Shown: positions 1-9,641 of the stretch, in pieces
Position numbering within the stretch: position 1 is the first letter of the stretch
Layout: the number at the start of each line of letters is the position of its first letter
Sequence record: SRR22947727_2028
DNA length: 47,975 bases
Direction: 5' to 3' (one strand)
Notes under the pieces: model-generated
The model's database searches: none
Told to the model about the DNA's origin: nothing
The model's input: the letters and a program-made list of their open reading frames with translations, nothing else
Translations under genes and position numbers: made by a program

Positions 1-155
1 TTTTTTATTTATGTATTAAGAACAGAAAGAACACTAGAATGCCCAAGTGGTTTGTTCCAAAATTCACCCGCAAATGAGCCGAGAGCGATTTGAAATTGTT
101 TCCCAAACTTTGGCTTGCTATGAAGTAATATTCCAATTGAAGAAAGTGGACCTCG

Positions 156-851
156 ATGAATGAGCCTCTTGTTTTTCTGCCAGGAATGATGTGCGATGCG
201 CGCCTTTTTCTGCCCCAGATTGCCGCCTTTTCAAAGAAAGTTCCAATCCTCGTAATGCCGCTATATGGGCACGATACAATCGCCGGCTTGGCGCGCCATA
301 TTTTGCATCTAGCGCCCCCGAAATTTTCCCTCATAGGGCTTTCGATGGGTGGAATTGTGGCGATGGAAATCATGCGGCAGATGCCCCAAAGGGTGGTGCG
401 CCTGGCCTTGATTGACACCAATCCAATGGCGGATGCAACAGATCGGGCGGCAATACGCCAAAAGCAAATTAAACAAGTGCAGGCTGGAAAGCTGCGTTCG
501 GTTATGCGGGATGAAATGAAGCCGAATTATTTAGCAAAAGGATCAGAAAGAGCGCGCATTCTCAAGTTATGTATGGATATGGCTGAGGCTTTAGGCCCGG
601 CCGTGTTCACAGAACAGTCTATTGCCCTTCAGTATCGCAGAGATCAATGCGAAACCCTCAAGGCAATTAACGTTCCGACTGATATAATGTGTGGAGAGGA
701 TGACCGGCTTTGCCCCGTTTCTAGGCATGAATTCATGCATGATCTAATCGCGGGTTCGACCCTCTCCATTATCCCCGGCGCAGGCCATTTGCCAACGCTC
801 GAACAGCCTAAAATTACAAACAGGATATTGGAAAAATGGCTGAGAATGTGA
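156..851 (+). CDS. Alpha/beta fold hydrolase
   Basis: LVFLPGMMCD start, nucleophile elbow GLSMGG, CGEDD acid and GAGHLP catalytic His. Confidence 0.9.
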   Translation: MNEPLVFLPGMMCDARLFLPQIAAFSKKVPILVMPLYGHDTIAGLARHILHLAPPKFSLIGLSMGGIVAMEIMRQMPQRVVRLALIDTNPMADATDRAAIRQKQIKQVQAGKLRSVMRDEMKPNYLAKGSERARILKLCMDMAEALGPAVFTEQSIALQYRRDQCETLKAINVPTDIMCGEDDRLCPVSRHEFMHDLIAGSTLSIIPGAGHLPTLEQPKITNRILEKWLRM

Positions 852-1546
852 TCCCCGCGGATTTACTTGCGCTGCTGCGGCAGGTGGATACACCAACAGT
901 GTGCAATGCAATCGAAGTGGCGCAAGGAAAGCGCGGCTTTAATCGTTTCACGCGCGGCACAATGCAACATTCTAAACCCGGTGATCCCGCGATGGTGGGT
1001 TTTGCCAGAACTGCGAAAATTTCAGGCCTCTTGCCCGCCCGTGAACCAGCGGATGTGATCCGCGCACGGCGTATGGATTACTTCAGATCAATGGCCGCAG
1101 GACAAGGCCCAAGATTGGCTGTGATAGAGGATATTGATTATCCCAATTGCATTGCCGGTTGGTGGGGTGAGATTCATGTCGCCGTGCATAAAGGGCTTGG
1201 GCAGGTAGGCGCTATAACCAATGGCGTGATGCGCGATTTAGACGTGATGGATGCGGGCTTTCCGGTTTTGGCTGGATCGATTGGTCCAAGCCATGGATTT
1301 GTTCATGTGGTTGAAATCGGGGGGCCTGTAAGCCTCATGGGCATGCATATATCACAAGACGAGTTGATGCATGCGGACAGGCACGGGGCGATCGTTATCC
1401 CAAACGAAATCATTGCGGATCTCAAACAAGCCATCGAAACAGTCATCGCAAACGAAGCGATAGTTCTAGGTCCTGCGCGCGCACCTGGCTTTGATATTGA
1501 GAGGCTTGAAAAAGTATGGGCTGAGTTCGAAGCCGCCAGAACCTAG
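836..1546 (+). CDS. RraA family protein (HMG/CHA aldolase-like)
   Basis: DTPTVCNA, WGE...H, TNGVMRD and HADRHGA motifs; overlaps the hydrolase stop; GTG at 848 is an alternative start. Confidence 0.85.
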   Translation: MAENVIPADLLALLRQVDTPTVCNAIEVAQGKRGFNRFTRGTMQHSKPGDPAMVGFARTAKISGLLPAREPADVIRARRMDYFRSMAAGQGPRLAVIEDIDYPNCIAGWWGEIHVAVHKGLGQVGAITNGVMRDLDVMDAGFPVLAGSIGPSHGFVHVVEIGGPVSLMGMHISQDELMHADRHGAIVIPNEIIADLKQAIETVIANEAIVLGPARAPGFDIERLEKVWAEFEAART

Positions 1547-1796
1547 AATCTCGATGGCAGAGAGACGTGATTGGTTGGCGGCGAGAAATCACTTATTACA
1601 GCAGGGTCCCAGACTTGGCTTCGTTTCACATCTAGGGCCGCAGTTGCCATACGTCGTGTGCTGAACGAATATCGAGCTTCGTTGAGTTCGCCCTACAAAA
1701 TAGTGAAGAGATCAGCAAACTTTAATGATCATTTCTAGGCTAAGGATTGACCATTTATCGCAGGAATGCGACCCCCCCATTTAAAAGAGAGGTAAA

Positions 1797-2335
1797 ATGT
1801 ACCCATTTCTTCGGATGCGAAAGAGCTGATAAAAACTAGCCTTGCGTCAAAATTAAAAGTAACTGACGTACATGTGTCACACCATATATGCTGGCCTTGG
1901 GATTTAGATACGTTCGCAGAGTTGAATAATGGTAGAACCCTAACGCTGTTTGACTTAGGTCGCTTCGGTCTCGCCCAACGCACTGGCGTGACGGATGTGC
2001 TACGCAAGCATAAATGGGGTCTTACGACAGCAGGGGCAAGCACTCGTTACCGCCACCGGATCAAAGTTTTTGAACGGATCGAAATGCGCAGCAAGCTGGT
2101 GTTTTGGGATGAGAGATTTCTTTATATTGAACAAACTATGCTGAAAAAAGATGGTCGATGCGCGAACCATATACTTTTTCGGGGAGGGGTTGTTGATAAA
2201 AAAGGCCTCGTTTCGACCTTCAGGATTACCGAGGCATTGGGCTACTCGGGAGACGCGCCGCCCTGTCCAAGCTGGGTGTCAGAATGGATAGCACACGAGA
2301 GTAATCGGCCCTGGCCACCTTCAGTTGCAACTTAA
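1797..2335 (+). pseudogene. Acyl-CoA thioesterase (hotdog fold), frameshifted near codon 7-8
   Basis: GAGAGG RBS then ATG 1797 reads MYPFLRMRKS* (TGA 1827-1829). The -1 frame from 1817 reads AKELIKT...HICWPWDLDTFAELNNGR...RPWPP, a typical thioesterase body. One missing G at ATG/GCG explains it. Confidence 0.75.
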
Positions 2336-2337
2336 TC

Positions 2338-2367
2338 AGCCTCACCGTTTCCTCAGCGGGGGCTTTT
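2338..2367 (+). terminator. Putative intrinsic terminator after the thioesterase
   Basis: AGCCTCaCCG...CGGGGGCT imperfect stem followed by a T run. Confidence 0.5.
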
Positions 2368-3289
2368 AAAGTTTTGCGTCGGGTATGGTGGGCAGGTGCA
2401 TAAAGAGTTTACGATGTCTTACCGCCTCGGTGTTTCAAGGATGATACTCGGATAACCGTAACCCCATGTGAAAATGCGCACGGTAATCTGCCCGTCACAC
2501 CCGAGCCCCATATAGCTGTGTCTTGAGCTTAACTGCCACTTACCCTCGGGTGATAATATTCACCCCAAGAAGTACACATGAGCGTATTTAAGTGTGTAAA
2601 ATACCACCATATGCACCCGTAATGCCTGATAATACAGTCTTAGCCCTGCATATGCGGCACCCCTAGCCATTGTCGCCGGCAATCGCAATGTCGCGATTTT
2701 TTTGATTGCAGCCAGCGCATCACAATCTGAAGAGTTTTTAATTTTTTTAGGCTGCTATCAATTTCCCATGTATCTTACACCGATATTGATGCGGCCCGTT
2801 TTAGGTAAAAACCCTTTGAGTGAAACCAATTAAGCCCTTTGATTTGCTGACCGCTTGCTCTGCGGCGCAGCTCAAGTATAGGGGCTATTCTTTTCAGCAA
2901 AACAACAGGCCTGAAAAATAACCACCGGCTGAGCTATTGCCATTTTTTGAAAAAATACCAGCTCCTGTCCTTTGCAAGAAATAGGCGTTTGATTGGCTTT
3001 TCACTCTGCTTCGCGGATCATGATAAAAACAGAAAGAGTTTTTTGTGGATGATTTATCCGGGCTAGGGAGCATTTTGGATGCAAATAAATGTCAAAAGAG
3101 GCCACCAACATCTAACCTTCAGACACAGCTCCTTTCGACAAGGTGGTGCCTCGAACCGGTCGAAAATCCTTGGCGTATAAAAAAACCTCCGGAAAAATTA
3201 TAGCGTTTTTTGATGATCTTTTTTTGAGAACCGCCCGCGAGAAGCGCTTTTCAACATGAGATATGGGCCTTTTGAGGTTGAATGTCATC

Positions 3290-3321
3290 AAAAAGGCCAG
3301 CTGTCTCAGAAGCCGGCCTTT
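3290..3321 (-). terminator. Putative intrinsic terminator of the FAH gene
   Basis: Minus strand AGGCCGGCT-loop-AGCTGGCC followed by TTTTT. Confidence 0.6.
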
Positions 3322-3394
3322 CCATTTTATATCGAAACTATACTCTAAATGATCCTAAATCTCAAAAACACCATATGCATATTTACTCAAAGCC

Positions 3395-4081
3395 CTAGGT
3401 CACGGTCACCTCTAAGTGGCCAAACGGGGCGAGCGAAAGGCGCATAACGTCGCCCTTTTGAACAGGCCCGACACCTGACGGGGTGCCAGAGAGGATCACA
3501 TCTCCCGGCGCTAATTCATAATACGCGCTTAGATAGGCTATCATGTCTGGAACCTTCCAAATCATTTGATTCAAATTGCCTTCCTGACGAAGCTCACCAT
3601 TGACCGTTAAGACGATATCCCCTTCCGTCGGGTGCCCAACATCCGAGGCCAAGTGCAACGGCCCACAAGGTGCCGAGTGTTCAAAGGCCTTGCCAATTTC
3701 CCATGGGCGGCCCGCTTTTTTCATTTCACCTTGCCGATCACGGCGCGTCATATCAAGGCACAGAGCATATCCATATACATGAGACATTGCATCCGCATAT
3801 TCGATATTTGTACCGCCTGATTTCAGGGCAACCAATACTTCTGCTTCATGGTGTACATCCGAACTTTTAGGGGGATATGGAAAGCGCCCGGTTAAGTTTA
3901 AATTATCCGGGTTCTTTTGAAAAAAGAAGGGATCTTCTTTATTAGGGTCATGCCCCATTTCAACAGCATGCGCTGCATAATTTCGTCCAATACAATAAAC
4001 ACGGCGCACTGGAAAAACTTCATCCTTTCCAACAATAGGCAGTGTTTGAATCTGCGGTTCTGGTATTGCGTAACGTGCCAT
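3395..4081 (-). CDS. Fumarylacetoacetate hydrolase family protein (fumarylpyruvate/acylpyruvate hydrolase-like)
   Basis: RRVYCIGRNYAAHA, HHEAE, DMTRRD, WEIGKAF and GTPSGVG motifs; start moved to ATG 4081 (MARYAIP) with GGAG RBS, because the longer ORF overlaps the divergent regulator. Confidence 0.92.
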   Translation of the reverse strand: MARYAIPEPQIQTLPIVGKDEVFPVRRVYCIGRNYAAHAVEMGHDPNKEDPFFFQKNPDNLNLTGRFPYPPKSSDVHHEAEVLVALKSGGTNIEYADAMSHVYGYALCLDMTRRDRQGEMKKAGRPWEIGKAFEHSAPCGPLHLASDVGHPTEGDIVLTVNGELRQEGNLNQMIWKVPDMIAYLSAYYELAPGDVILSGTPSGVGPVQKGDVMRLSLAPFGHLEVTVT

Positions 4082-4120
4082 ATGCGACTCCATGCTGTAG
4101 TTAATCAGTATATTTTGAAT

Positions 4121-4220
4121 TCGACCAATCGCAACCAATTTAATATTTATTGACATTTTGTTTGCATTTTTCAACCAATTTTGCTGATGTGGGGTAAATA
4201 ATGGTAAATTGGTCGACCAA
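4121..4220. promoter_or_regulatory. Divergent promoter region with FadR/PdhR-type operator candidates
   Basis: Palindrome TTGGTCGACCAA at 4209-4220, ACCAAT half-sites near 4124, 4134 and 4174, TTGACA at 4150-4155. Confidence 0.55.
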
Positions 4221-4934
4221 ATGAATGATTTATATGATGCGCAGAGCAGTACATCTAGCGAAATAAAACCAGGATATAGCACCGTTGAAAAGTTAAAGTC
4301 ATTGATCGCCAGTGAGGATTTTGCGCCGGGCAGTCGTCTGCCATCTGAACGTGATTTGATTGATCGCTTTAAGATCACCAGAGCTAATTTACGCAAAGCC
4401 TTTGATATATTGGAACGCGAGGGGGTTATTTGGCGGCATGTTGGCAAAGGGACATTTATCGCAGAGCCTCATTCTGAAAAATCGATTTTGAATATATCGG
4501 AACTGGTGAATGAGCTGACACCAGTTCAATTGCTGCGGGCGCGTTTGTCGATTGAACCTGCGATCGCACGTGAAGCGGCAATTCACGCTTCAGAAGCAGA
4601 TGTATCTCGTATTGATGCGGCGTGTAATGCCGCGTCTAGTGCAACCTCTTGGTCAGAATACGAACGTGCTGATGACCTATTGCACCATGAAATTGCCGCG
4701 GCAGCACAAAACCCACTTTTAATGTCAATGTTTGAATATTTAAACGCGGTTCGCCGTGCCGTGTCTTGGAATAAGGTGGTGCGCAGCAGCGATCGCCCGG
4801 CTTCTGACCATGACAGCTTTGCTGAGCACACACGAATTTTTGCAGCGATTACGGGACGAAACGCCAATGAAGCACAAGCAGCGATGCGCACGCATCTAAT
4901 CTCAGTTTCAAAACGTCTTTTGGGGGATGATTGA
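4221..4934 (+). CDS. GntR family (FadR subfamily) transcriptional regulator
   Basis: PGSRLPSERDL...REGVIWRHVGKGTF winged HTH and C-terminal FCD domain (HHEIA...NPLL, EH, MRTHL). Confidence 0.92.
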   Translation: MNDLYDAQSSTSSEIKPGYSTVEKLKSLIASEDFAPGSRLPSERDLIDRFKITRANLRKAFDILEREGVIWRHVGKGTFIAEPHSEKSILNISELVNELTPVQLLRARLSIEPAIAREAAIHASEADVSRIDAACNAASSATSWSEYERADDLLHHEIAAAAQNPLLMSMFEYLNAVRRAVSWNKVVRSSDRPASDHDSFAEHTRIFAAITGRNANEAQAAMRTHLISVSKRLLGDD

Positions 4935-5006
4935 GCATTAAACTCAGCAAGAGAAAAAGCAAAAGCAACCTTGCCATCACACGTAACGCTTCCTGGGAGG
5001 AGTAAC

Positions 5007-5985
5007 ATGATAAATTTTTTTTAAAAAGACCGTACAGTTTGCGGCTGCTATCCCAATTGCTCTGTTGTTTGCAATTGGCGCTGCTCAAGCTGAAAAAATT
5101 AAAATTGCGCTGGCAGAAGCACCATCAGATGAACTTGCTGCATTCTTTGTTGCGCTTGATCGTGCGCGGGCGAATGGCTTGGATTATGAGTGGACAGCGT
5201 TTTCTGATGAGGAACTTGCGATTCAAGCTGTGCTTAGCGGGCAAATGGATATTGGATTTGGAACCCCATATGCAGCCATGCAAAGATCAAAGGCACCTTT
5301 GCGCATAATATTCCAACTCTCAAAGTTGAAATTTTTTCCCGTCACCACGACCAAATACGCATCGCTTAAAGATCTGGATGGTGAACCGATTTTGTTACAC
5401 TCAAGGGGTGGCGGGACTGACTCAATTGCAAATGTGATCGAAGACCGGCTTGGAATGCAGTTTGGAAAACGCTCATATGTACCAGGATCGTCTAATCGCG
5501 TTGCTGCGCTGCTTGGTGGGCGTGCAGATGCAACCATTATTGACCTGTCAAACAAGAATAAACTCATGCGCAGCGAAGCTGGCGAAAACTTCAATGTGTT
5601 AGAAATGTTTGAAGTAGAGGCCAGCGATGAGGCCTTATTTGGAAATCTTGATTGGATTAAAAATAACGAAAAAGACGTTGATATTTTTGTGAGCGCGCTT
5701 TTGTCCGTTTGGCAAGATCTTCATAAGGATCCAACGATTATCCGTCGTGAAACAAATCCCGATGGACCAATCGGTCAATTGCCCCCTGAAATCTTGGCAG
5801 AGCTTGATGGGTTTTACACCGATGCCGTGGCAGGCGGTCTTTATGATCCGAATGGGGGCGGCCGAAAAGCTGCAAATGCCGATATGGAATGGTACTCGGC
5901 TGCTGGTCAACTTGAGGGCAACGCCAGTGATTTGAATATCGAGGATTTTTGGTATTTGGCACCGCTTGATAAAGCCTCACAGTAA
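5007..5985 (+). pseudogene. NitT/TauT-family ABC substrate-binding protein, frameshifted in the signal peptide (T8 tract)
   Basis: GGGAGG RBS and ATG 5007 hit TAA at 5022-5024. Removing one T from T8 (5015-5022) gives MINFFKKTVQFAAAIPIALLFAIGAAQA-EKIK, in frame with ORF 5065-5985. Followed by permeases and an ATPase. Confidence 0.75.
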
Positions 5986-5997
5986 TTTTGCGAAAAT

Positions 5998-6028
5998 TTG
6001 GTTGCGCAGAAAATTGGCGCAACCAATT
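5998..6028 (+). promoter_or_regulatory. Intercistronic stem-loop after the SBP gene, overlapping an AATTGG-N5-CCAATT palindrome
   Basis: TTGGTTGCGC (5998-6007) pairs with GCGCAACCAA (6017-6026); AATTGGCGCAACCAATT at 6012-6028. Confidence 0.5.
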
Positions 6029-6048
6029 CCTGTAGATGGATTAAATCA

Positions 6049-6810
6049 ATACAAAATCGAGCCTTCATATTAAAATTGTTTTCTGCTTTTGCCCTTTGTT
6101 TCGCTTGGGAAATTGCAGGAAGAGTGCCTGTAAGCTACGCGTTTCCTACGTTTTTGGAATCAATGTCGGCGCTTATGCAAATGACCGCAGATGGAAGGCT
6201 GTTCGAGGCATATGCAGAAACATTGCGCCCTTTAATTATTGGTATCGCCATTTCTGCCGTTGTTGGAATTATCGTGGGATTATGGGTCGGTTTGAGCCAA
6301 TTTTTTGACTGGCTGTTTTCGCCAATCTTTATCGTCATGCAAGCCGCGCCATTAGCTGCTTTGATCCCGCTTCTTGTTTTGGCATATGGCATTGGTCTCA
6401 CGTCAAAAGTGATTGTTGTCTGCATCATGGCAATGCCCGTGATAGTCTTGAATACCAGCGGCGCGGTGAAAAATACCCCAGAGTCCTTAAAAGAAATGGG
6501 CATATCCTTTCTTGCTTCGCGGCTGTCTGTCATATCTCGTATCATCATTCCAGCGGCATCTCCGGTCATTTTCGCGGGCCTCCGCCTTGGTATATCGGCA
6601 GGGTTTATTGGGGCTATTTTAGCCGAGCTTAAAATCACCCCCACTGGTGTTGGTGATATTATAACTTACAGCCGCTCGATCGCAGATTACCCGTCCATGT
6701 ATGCTGCTATTTTTTCAATTATTGTGCTGTCAGTTCTTTTTTTAAACCTCTTGGATAAAGTAGAAACCCTTCTCTTTAAAGGAAACGAGCATGGTTATGT
6801 CTCAGATTAA
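6049..6810 (+). CDS. NitT/TauT ABC transporter permease
   Basis: Hydrophobic helices, AAPLAALIP, EMGISF...IIIPAASPVIFAGLRLG EAA-like loop. Start uncertain: in-frame ATA at 6049 behind GGA, or TTG at 5998. Confidence 0.85.
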   Translation: MQNRAFILKLFSAFALCFAWEIAGRVPVSYAFPTFLESMSALMQMTADGRLFEAYAETLRPLIIGIAISAVVGIIVGLWVGLSQFFDWLFSPIFIVMQAAPLAALIPLLVLAYGIGLTSKVIVVCIMAMPVIVLNTSGAVKNTPESLKEMGISFLASRLSVISRIIIPAASPVIFAGLRLGISAGFIGAILAELKITPTGVGDIITYSRSIADYPSMYAAIFSIIVLSVLFLNLLDKVETLLFKGNEHGYVSD

Positions 6811-7597
6811 AAATGTTGATGAAGACCTTCAAAACCTTGAAAAACCAATAGCCGTTTCTGTCGATAATATTTCAAAAAATTATGGAAATGTTGAGGCTCT
6901 GAAGGATATGTCCTTAAAATTTCCAAAGGGGGAATTGACCTCACTTTTGGGTCCGTCGGGATGTGGTAAAACAACCTTATTGAAAATCATTGCGGGATTG
7001 CTTGAGCCGAGCGCTGGCACTGTAATGGTGAATAAAAAGCGCGTCACCGGCCCAGGCACAGACCGCGCATTTGTATTTCAAGATTTTGCGCTGATGCCTT
7101 GGGCGTCCGTTTTGAAAAATGTCTCATTCGGGCTTGAAATGCGGGGTGTCGAAAAAACTGAACGCGAAGGAATTGCTCAGAATTATATCAAAGAAGTGGG
7201 TCTACAGGGTTTTGAAAATAGTTTCCCGCATGAATTATCTGGCGGTATGCGTCAAAGGGTCGGTTTGGCCCGCGCCTTGGCTGTTGATGCAGATGTGCTA
7301 TTGATGGATGAGCCGTTTTCAGCCGTCGATGAGCAAACGCGCCGTAAGTTTCAAGAAGACTTGTTGCAGCTCGTTGAAAGCAAAAACAAAACATTTATTT
7401 TCGTGACGCATTCCATCGAAGAAGCAGTTTATGTATCGGACCAAATTGCTATTTTATTGCCTCGCCCAAGCCGCGTGTCTGAAATTATCAGACCATCAAA
7501 TTTTCGGGCAAAAGGGGTAGATGCAATACGACGAGACGCTGAATATCTTGATATCGTTGATGATATTTGGACGTCTTTACGCAGTTACGTTGAATAG
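6791..7597 (+). CDS. NitT/TauT ABC transporter ATP-binding protein
   Basis: GPSGCGKT Walker A, LSGGMRQR signature, LLMDEPF Walker B, VTH. Confidence 0.95.
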   Translation: MVMSQIKNVDEDLQNLEKPIAVSVDNISKNYGNVEALKDMSLKFPKGELTSLLGPSGCGKTTLLKIIAGLLEPSAGTVMVNKKRVTGPGTDRAFVFQDFALMPWASVLKNVSFGLEMRGVEKTEREGIAQNYIKEVGLQGFENSFPHELSGGMRQRVGLARALAVDADVLLMDEPFSAVDEQTRRKFQEDLLQLVESKNKTFIFVTHSIEEAVYVSDQIAILLPRPSRVSEIIRPSNFRAKGVDAIRRDAEYLDIVDDIWTSLRSYVE

Positions 7598-7608
7598 GAA
7601 GGCCGCGC

Positions 7609-8361
7609 ATGCATTTATTTGGATATCGCTTACCCGGCATGTCATCCCTGCTTTTATGGGGGGCTCTCTGGGAATTTATTGGGCAGGCTAAGGTTACGTT
7701 TTTTATTCCTCCATTAAGCAAGGTTTTGTCTACACTTTATGAAGTTTTGGGGACAGTAGCCTTCCAAAATGCTCTTAAAGAAACGGCTTATGCGTTTTGT
7801 TCCGGGGTGTTTTACGCCGTGGTCATCGGAATAATTGTTGGAATATTAATGGGTAAGAACCGCCTGATTGATGAATTGTTACTCCCTTGGGTAAACGTAT
7901 TCCTTAGTGCCCCCCTTACGGCTTTAGTGCCCGTGTTAATGGTGCTTTTTGGATTTGGTATGAAGTCTATCATTATCACCACGTCTCTTTTTGCTGTTTG
8001 GATTATTATCTTAAATACCCGTGCTGGTGTAAGACAGATCAACCGTTCTCTGGTAGAAATGGCGACAAGCTTTGGCGCCACGCCGTTGAAAGCATTTACA
8101 AAAATATATTTTTGGGCTGCGTTGCCAGAAATTTTAGGAGGCGTCCGGATCGGTATTATAAGGGCAGTAAAAGGCGTGATTATAGGCCAATTACTTATTT
8201 CTATTGTGGGTTTTGGTGCTCTATTTGAACTCTATTCCGCAAATTTTCTCATGAGTCACTTTTGGGCGGTTTTGATTGTTTTGTTTGCACTCGCTTTTTC
8301 AATTTCAGAGTTTTTGGCTTATTTAGAGCGGCGTGTAAGCTATTACGCCGCAAAGCGGTAA
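7609..8361 (+). CDS. NitT/TauT ABC transporter permease
   Basis: Multiple TM helices, EMATSFGA EAA loop, ALPEILGGVRIG. Confidence 0.9.
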   Translation: MHLFGYRLPGMSSLLLWGALWEFIGQAKVTFFIPPLSKVLSTLYEVLGTVAFQNALKETAYAFCSGVFYAVVIGIIVGILMGKNRLIDELLLPWVNVFLSAPLTALVPVLMVLFGFGMKSIIITTSLFAVWIIILNTRAGVRQINRSLVEMATSFGATPLKAFTKIYFWAALPEILGGVRIGIIRAVKGVIIGQLLISIVGFGALFELYSANFLMSHFWAVLIVLFALAFSISEFLAYLERRVSYYAAKR

Positions 8362-8794
8362 GCCGGCAATCTGCTTAAAACCTTAAATGTCGTTTCAGAA
8401 TTTATAGGTTATTTTTTTGTTGGCCTGCGCAAACTTTATCCGTTCTTCCTGCCTGTGCGCGTTGTTAAGGGTGGGTAGAGCAAGCCCACAGGTTTTGGCT
8501 TATTGGCAAAGCATGCAGAGTCGCCGCGTGATTGAGGCTATTAAATGGTTAGGTTTTCCGATGTACTGGCATCCGGGAACCCGCCGCATTTTTGTGGGAT
8601 GAAATATATTTTCAAATATCTGCGCGGCAGCGACCAGCCTCATACCGCCAAGCAGGGTTTTGATATTCCGGGCTCAGTAAACCTATATGTGCTTGTCTAG
8701 GCCTAGCCAGGCCTCAGCTCTTGAATCTGCCATAAGCCCTTGAAAAGGGGTAAGCGTCCGCTCAGATTGTTTTACGCGCTTATATTCAAGCCTG

Positions 8795-9637
8795 TTAATG
8801 TTGATCTTTATTATTTCCTAAGAGCTGAACGATGATCAATAACCCGGATGAAATGATAATCAAGATGGTCGAGATCGCGGCGATGGTCGGATCGATTTGA
8901 TCGCGTAAGGCTAAGAACATGCTTCTTGTAATGGTTGAATTATCTCCACCGGCGACGAACAGGGAAATAATGATTTCGTCAAAAGAGGTTAAAAACGCGA
9001 TTAAAGACGCGGAGATAATGGAGAATTTAATCTGTGGCAGTGTAATTTCGCGAAATGCGCGGAACCGGCCAGCTCCCAAAGATCGTGCTACTTTTTCTTG
9101 GTTCATATCATAGTTTTTCAAAGCTGAAAAAACGATAATTAAAACCAGCGGCAACGCCACCAAGGAATGGCCGATAACCAATCCAAGAACGCTTCCGACC
9201 AATTTAAATTGTACGAAAAAGTAAAACAGCCCAATTGCAACCAATATAATTGGAACCATCATCGGTGAAATAAAAATCGGGAAGAGTATTTTGCTGGTTC
9301 TCGAACTGCTATTGACCAGACCATAAGCGGCCATTGTGCCGATAGGGACCGCCACAAATATTGTAAGAACAGCGACTTTGATGGAGGTCCATGTTGCCGC
9401 CATCCAATCATTAAAGCCGTTTTCAACCTTCCAAGAGAAAAAATAATTTTCATACCATCTGAGTGACCATTCCTGAGGCGGAAACTCTAGATATTGACTG
9501 GCAGAGAAGGACATTGGGATCACAACCAGCGATGGCACAATCAACAGAAATAGGGTGATAAAAGAGAAAATATAAAGCCAGAGCCGGTTTTTAAGCCGGA
9601 TTTGGGTTTCGGACACATTCTTGTTCAAAAAACTCAT
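8795..9637 (-). CDS. Polyamine/opine ABC transporter permease (PotC-like)
   Basis: VIPMSFS, WSLRWY, EKVARSLGA, FLTSFDE, DPTIAAIS; start set at ATG 9637. Confidence 0.9.
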   Translation of the reverse strand: MSFLNKNVSETQIRLKNRLWLYIFSFITLFLLIVPSLVVIPMSFSASQYLEFPPQEWSLRWYENYFFSWKVENGFNDWMAATWTSIKVAVLTIFVAVPIGTMAAYGLVNSSSRTSKILFPIFISPMMVPIILVAIGLFYFFVQFKLVGSVLGLVIGHSLVALPLVLIIVFSALKNYDMNQEKVARSLGAGRFRAFREITLPQIKFSIISASLIAFLTSFDEIIISLFVAGGDNSTITRSMFLALRDQIDPTIAAISTILIIISSGLLIIVQLLGNNKDQH

Positions 9638-9641
9638 AGCG

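Noticed and set aside
3144-3164. tRNA gene
   Set aside because: Only a short 3'-end-like word; no D-arm, anticodon arm or matching 5' acceptor strand
4082-4447. N-terminal extension of the FAH ORF (350 aa version)
   Set aside because: Overlaps the divergent regulator and promoter; RBS and homology begin at ATG 4081
8417-8602. 61-aa ORF between the two ABC operons
   Set aside because: TTG start without RBS and no recognisable motif
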